Positions 59,382 to 64,000 of a stretch of DNA of 64,000 nucleotides are shown here, one piece after another. The notes beneath the pieces are model-generated. The model saw only the letters and a program-made list of their open reading frames with translations, made no database searches and had not been told where the DNA came from. Position 1 is the stretch's first letter. Each line of letters begins with the position of its first letter. Source of the stretch: Candidatus Latescibacterota bacterium. GTDB lineage: Bacteria; Latescibacterota; UBA2968; GCA-2709665. Both the position numbers and the translations under genes were made by a program. The stretch spans positions 3,360,001 through 3,424,000 of the forward strand of contig OZ241917.1 of the NCBI GenBank assembly GCA_965203805.1, written 5' to 3'.

Positions 59382-59556
59382 GGGGGTGTCACGGATCGCC
59401 CTGCGCGCAATCGGAGAAGGGTAATTTTCATCTTGAACGTGGGTTAGGTAGGCCATGTCTGGCTTGCCGAACTCCCGTCACCTTTACCGGATGCCGCGAC
59501 CATTGCCAGTGATCAAACCCGCAACAACGACGACCGCCCCAGCAGTTTCGGGCGGT

Positions 59557-60018
59557 GGGGAAATACAAACTCATCATGGATGGCAAACCCCGATACTTTA
59601 AAGAACAGGCCATCGACAACTACATCAAACGCAAACAGAGTGAAGCCCTGCCTGAACACATCAGAAACCGACGCAATAACGTCGAAGCCAGCCTCTTCCA
59701 GTTGAGCTATTACACCCGAAACGGCAAAACTCGCTATCGTGGATTGATGCCACATCAGCTGTGGGCGCACTGTCGTGGCTTATGGGTCAATCTCGTTCGG
59801 ATCCAGAATTACCTCACCTCACCCACGATGCTCCCCGCATAAGATGCGACTTTTTTATGCATATCCTTGCCCCAAAACCACGCGAGCAACCTCGTAAACC
59901 GCCTCTGTGTTGATGGGCCGCAACCCGATGCACTTTCACCACGCAACGCGACCTCTCAATACACAACACTGACACCTACACACGAAATCTTCCTGAACCC
60001 CCTTCTCGGAGGGGACTC
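59557..60018 (+). mobile_element. 3' fragment of the IS at 935-2757, including its right IR
   Basis: 462 bp matching 2296-2757 with no difference seen. The left part and left IR are missing. Confidence 0.92.
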
Positions 60019-60268
60019 AAGGGTGGGAAAGAAAGTTGGATAAGGAAGCAAATAAGACTCGAAGGCGAAGAATCGGTAATGCCCACCAAAGAGATTTTAG
60101 ATAGAGTCACGGGCGAATTGGATTGGCATTTCGCCGAAGACCATACAGTAACAGAGAGATTCTCCAAAGCCCATGTCGAGTCGGTTCGCTACTAATCTCG
60201 TGAACATCCAGAATAGTCTTCATTGAAAAGTGCAGGGCCTGTCACATCACATCAAAAGGAGGCTCAAC

Positions 60269-60916
60269 GTGTTGCGATTCCTGGTGTTCTCGCTGTGTTT
60301 ATCGCCTGTCATCGCTCATGCAGGATCCACGGTCTGGCCGCACCTGGGCGTGGCCCGTTCTACGATGACCAATATACCGGATGAGGCTGGTGTAACAGTC
60401 AAAGGTCGGACTGCAGCGTCGCTCGGTCTTGCCATCGAGAATTCGGCGTTGCCAGTGTTATTTGGCATCTCCTACACACAGAAGGGGATGTCTGCCGTGA
60501 GTACTGGCGATGACGATTCCTTATTCGGTGAATTTGGAGGCGGCTGGCGATTGGGTTATCTGGAAATCTCGGCACTTGGGAAGTTAGGCACGCCTTTTGG
60601 AACCCAGGCGGAAGGCTACTTGTTGTTCGGTGGGTATGGAGGATTGCAGACCGATTGTGAGTTAAAGATCACAATCGAGGATGCCACGATTGACCTGCCT
60701 TGCGACTCTCCCGACGTTGAGATGGACCACCGCAACAAGAATCGCTTTGGGTTAGTGGTGGGCGCCGGCGCCTCTCAACAGGTCAGCGGTGTGCGCGTGG
60801 CGCTCGCTCTGACCTACGCGTTCGATCTGACGTCTATGTCTCTCGACGATGAGAAGTCGAAGCATCGGACACTTGGAGCCAAGTTGGGGATAGGGATTCC
60901 GTTCGGGAGTCAGTGA
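60269..60916 (+). CDS. Outer-membrane beta-barrel protein (PorT/OMP_b-brl-2-like)
   Basis: AGGAGG RBS before GTG, signal peptide (AHA-G), YTQKG, LGYLEI, and terminal strand KLGIGIPF. Confidence 0.72.
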   Translation: MLRFLVFSLCLSPVIAHAGSTVWPHLGVARSTMTNIPDEAGVTVKGRTAASLGLAIENSALPVLFGISYTQKGMSAVSTGDDDSLFGEFGGGWRLGYLEISALGKLGTPFGTQAEGYLLFGGYGGLQTDCELKITIEDATIDLPCDSPDVEMDHRNKNRFGLVVGAGASQQVSGVRVALALTYAFDLTSMSLDDEKSKHRTLGAKLGIGIPFGSQ

Positions 60917-61011
60917 AACTCTGGATGTTCAGGTCGGCCTGGTGGTGTCATGCATATAAACCCTTTTCAAGTTGGAGTTTGGCATTGGGGAATGTACCTA
61001 CCTTTAACGCC

Positions 61012-61180
61012 CTTGATGTGGAAACAACATAGCAATTCTGATTCAGATGTCAATTGGACCGACACGAAAGCGCGTCCAGCAGGTTGAAGAACAAGTACAG
61101 ATACCCACTCCTGGGCGGTCAAGCGGTGTGACGCGCGTCCGTAAAGGGCAGCCAATGGCGACGCATACCTTCGTTATTCC
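61012..61180 (+). promoter_or_regulatory. Shared upstream element, uninterrupted copy C (parts 1 and 2 contiguous)
   Basis: TGTGGAAACAA-CATAGCAATTC, ATGTCAATTGGA, then GCAGGTTGA.GAACAAG..GGGCGGTCAAGCGGTGTGACGCGC. Confidence 0.6.
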
Positions 61181-61366
61181 TCCATCGGTCGCCGCTGTCC
61201 TGCCGCCCGGAAAAAACGGGCGTGTGCGGAGCAAACCGGCGAGGTTTTTCGGCCGAGTGATTTTTCCGCCGCTGGCTATGGCTCACCACAGCCGAAGAAG
61301 ATATAAAATCTGCCTGAGAATCAACAGCAGGAAACATCTGCTTTTTTTCAAACGAGGGTTTCTAAG

Positions 61367-63136
61367 TTGGCATCCCAAAACGCAACGACGTTGATCGCCG
61401 CCCTCGCGTTGCTGACATTCGTGTCCCGCGCGGCCATCGGCGCCGGCTCAAACGGTGGTACTTTGACAGCGCAGGCGATCCCCGGTAATGCCATTGCCGA
61501 TGACACTTCGACTCTGCCCGACTTCGATGGCGACGGGACGGTCGGTTTTGGCGACTTCGTAAAGTTCGCGGCGAAGTTCGGCCTGGGTCAGGGCGATGAC
61601 GGATATGACGCGGATTACGATCTGGATAGCGATGGCAGTATCGGGTTTTCAGATTTTCTGATCTTTGCGCGTGCCTTCGGTAAAAAAACGCCGCCCTCAA
61701 ACGGCGGTCCATCGGACGACCCCTTTGCCCGGCGTTGGAACAACATCCCGGCCCAACCGTGGTGGCGGGAGTCTGCGCCGTATTCATGTGCCTCAGAGGC
61801 AAAGACCACGTCTCCGTGGATTGCGAACGGGCTGCAGGACCTCGGCGGGGCCGACTCTCTATCGTTGATCCGGTACTTCGGGAACGGGAGCTATTTGCGG
61901 TATGGCCACATGGGCTTTTCCGGGTGCACACCGCTGGACAAATACCCCGACCGCTTCCACAGGGACCCACCCGCAGACCCGACCTACTACTCCCTGGGTA
62001 ATCTGGACATATGGGTAGACGTTGCCCGGGTGCCGTCGGATGCCTCGGGATGGTCCGATGACGATGGGACTCGTGTCGATATGACTATGAAGAAAGCCGT
62101 CCAACTTTTGAATCAGTACGTCGCTCCCTATTTCAGGAGAATCTCGCAGGACAATCTCCGCATGACCTTTCATGAAGGCAACGAATTCAACGTCGGGGGT
62201 GACGGTGGGCCGGGCAATGCACAACTGCAGCAATTTAAACTGGTCGGAGCCTGTTTGGACGGCTGCGAGTACGGGGCCCCGGGGGGATTGAACCGCATCC
62301 TGCTCAATGACGTAGCCTCCGATTCCGGAGGCGAGGCGTACAATGGTTGGGCTCGCTTTGGGCTCGCAAGCTTCCGGAGCGCCTACATGGAAACGATCGT
62401 CCATGAGATGGGTCACGGGTGGATGGCGTGGCCGCACTCCTATTCGGAGGTGCGATTGCGGGAAAATCCCAGTGATGAAATTGACCCTCCCAACCCCTAT
62501 TCCAACCTGTTCGACATTATGTCGAGCCTGGCCTTGAACCCGATATCGAGCTGGGACCATGAGATGATGCCATCGACCCTGGCCGTCAATCGCTACGCCG
62601 CGGGCTGGATCAAACCTGAAGACGTGGCGTTGCACCTGGTTGAAAACGCCACCTACACCTTGGTCAAACCGCGGGAAAGCGGGTATCAATTCCTGGTTGT
62701 GCATTCCGGGCGTCCCAACGCTTTCACGACGTTGGAGGTTCTGGAAGAACGTCCCTCTAAATTTGCGGCGAATATAGACGTGTACGACCCCTCCATCTCC
62801 GGGTATCGGCCCCGCAGGTACGACGGTGTGCTGGTCAGCCGTTACGATCAGACCGCCGGCACGGGCACCGAAGCCCGGCTCGGTCCGGCGCTCTATCATA
62901 AGGATAATCCGAACTTATTCGAAGACATGCAATTTGGTAAGGATGACTACTCGCTCATCGCGGACGGCGAGAAACGGGACATCGGCGGCGGTGTCACCGT
63001 TTCCGTTAGCAAGAACGGGGACGGCAGCTATGATGTCAACGTGAGCGGAGGAAGAGTAGCGAATTTTGAAGTATGGTGTTCACCCTTCTGGTGGTCGGGC
63101 GAATACGACACCGGATGCTATCTGGACGACGGCTAA
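61367..63136 (+). CDS. Secreted zinc metalloprotease (M6-like metzincin) with N-terminal EF-hand/dockerin-like pair
   Basis: Signal-like N-terminus, DFDGDGTVGFGDF and DLDSDGSIGFSDF, HEMGHGWMAWPH, FDIMS Met-turn, and RYAAGWI. Confidence 0.82.
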   Translation: MASQNATTLIAALALLTFVSRAAIGAGSNGGTLTAQAIPGNAIADDTSTLPDFDGDGTVGFGDFVKFAAKFGLGQGDDGYDADYDLDSDGSIGFSDFLIFARAFGKKTPPSNGGPSDDPFARRWNNIPAQPWWRESAPYSCASEAKTTSPWIANGLQDLGGADSLSLIRYFGNGSYLRYGHMGFSGCTPLDKYPDRFHRDPPADPTYYSLGNLDIWVDVARVPSDASGWSDDDGTRVDMTMKKAVQLLNQYVAPYFRRISQDNLRMTFHEGNEFNVGGDGGPGNAQLQQFKLVGACLDGCEYGAPGGLNRILLNDVASDSGGEAYNGWARFGLASFRSAYMETIVHEMGHGWMAWPHSYSEVRLRENPSDEIDPPNPYSNLFDIMSSLALNPISSWDHEMMPSTLAVNRYAAGWIKPEDVALHLVENATYTLVKPRESGYQFLVVHSGRPNAFTTLEVLEERPSKFAANIDVYDPSISGYRPRRYDGVLVSRYDQTAGTGTEARLGPALYHKDNPNLFEDMQFGKDDYSLIADGEKRDIGGGVTVSVSKNGDGSYDVNVSGGRVANFEVWCSPFWWSGEYDTGCYLDDG

Positions 63137-63210
63137 CCGAGTGTCCTCCCAATCCTTCAGATGAACCGGTTGTCCAATTCCGCGACTTTCTGAAAGGACA
63201 AAGAACAGCC

Positions 63211-63522
63211 GCCGGCGACGACCCGCGACCGCGCAAGGTGTGCGGACCTCTTAACCTCAATACGACAAAAGCAGCAACGCTCCACCGCGACAAGACCTTC
63301 CGAATTGGGCCGAAAAGGTCGTCAGGAAGGGAATTTTTTCCGTTCACGTCCAGTGACCTGAAGGATCATGGAAATCAGCAGTTAAATCACCTTTAATCAC
63401 TTGCGTATATTCGATTTAACGTCACCGAAGAATGACGAATCATAGTTAAACACCAGCCCCCAATCGATAACCGACACGCGGCTGGTTGAATATGTACGTG
63501 GGCCTTCTCGCGTCGTCACCCA
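63211..63522 (+). repeat. 312-bp exact direct repeat, copy 2 (contains 199-bp element copy 3 at 63251-63449)
   Basis: Identical to 48917-49228. Confidence 0.95.
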
Positions 63523-64000
63523 GCTTGCGGCGCAGGGTTTTTATCGCCGAGCGCAAGGGCCGCGTATCGCCGCCTTGCTTGCGCCAGACGGTTCGCAACA
63601 GATAGTCGAGCGTCAGAGTCGCGCCGGCGTTTGCTGAAAGTTCGACCAGCAGCCGGTACTCGGTGTCGGTCAATCTCAAGTCGCGTTTGCCAATGGCAAC
63701 CCGGCGGCGCGCGTAGTCAATGTACAAATCGTCCAGAACAAAGGGTTTCTTCTGCACATCCTGCCGGGTCAGTGTCGCCTTTCGCAGCGCCACCCGGATT
63801 CTGGATACCAGTTCGGTTGGAGAAAAGGGCTTGACCACGTAGTCCGCGGCGCCTGCTGCCAACGCCCGGTCAATGGCCTCTTCGTGGGCGAATGCGGAAA
63901 GAAAGACGACCGGTACGTCCGAGTTTTTGAGGAAATTCCGCATAATCTCGATACCGTCGGTTCCCGGCAGGACCAGATCGAGCAGGACCAGTTGGGGACG
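63446..64000 (-). CDS. Paralogue of the hybrid regulator (REC-wHTH C-terminus; 5' part lies beyond the window)
   Basis: RPQLVLLDLVLPGTDGIE..KPFSPTELVSRIRVALRK..LTDTEYRLL..PRVGYRLGAGV. The frame is open to the window edge. Confidence 0.9.
   Translation of the reverse strand, partial: RPQLVLLDLVLPGTDGIEIMRNFLKNSDVPVVFLSAFAHEEAIDRALAAGAADYVVKPFSPTELVSRIRVALRKATLTRQDVQKKPFVLDDLYIDYARRRVAIGKRDLRLTDTEYRLLVELSANAGATLTLDYLLRTVWRKQGGDTRPLRSAIKTLRRKLGDDARRPTYIFNQPRVGYRLGAGV

Noticed and set aside
1-64000. tRNA or rRNA genes
   Set aside because: No cloverleaf (T-loop plus acceptor stem) or rRNA signature was recognised by eye.

Overview
GC-rich bacterial chromosome window. The 'D-x-N/D-G-D-G-x-V-x-F-x-D-F-L-x-F-A' secreted proteins and dense palindromic intergenic repeats recall Latescibacterota/Gemmatimonadota-like sponge symbionts (inference only). 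Left to right: an intact IS5/IS1182-like element with 17-bp IRs and a 6-bp target duplication, inserted in a repeat array; a DegP protease; a coupled minus-strand operon (phosphoesterase, uvrC, ogt, xerD, GHMP sugar kinase, GT2, GT-C); hisGDCB running into a surface-glycan cluster (rfaE2, GT4, nucleotide-sugar dehydrogenase, epimerase, C-methyltransferase, GT2, YfhO-like GT-C, flippase); a PhyH dioxygenase; another GT-C-like protein; an AddB/AddA-like nuclease-helicase pair; GT4, GT2 and two membrane-TPR paralogues. From about 48.9 kb there is a lower-GC 14.3-kb island bounded by an exact 312-bp direct repeat. It carries a GAF-PAS-kinase-receiver-wHTH one-protein regulator (a paralogue begins at the right edge), secreted EF-hand/dockerin-like proteins, CsgG-like and beta-barrel proteins, a metzincin, and IS256 and group II intron debris. 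Most notable unannotated signals: a 199-bp element with terminal inverted repeats (3 copies, each supplying a stop codon); a shared upstream element with an 11-bp-periodic direct repeat ahead of three island gene blocks; loss of the receiver Asp in one regulator copy; and large modular REP/REPIN-like arrays, one pair differing at a 14-nt hypervariable patch. All alignments were done by eye and no database searches were run.
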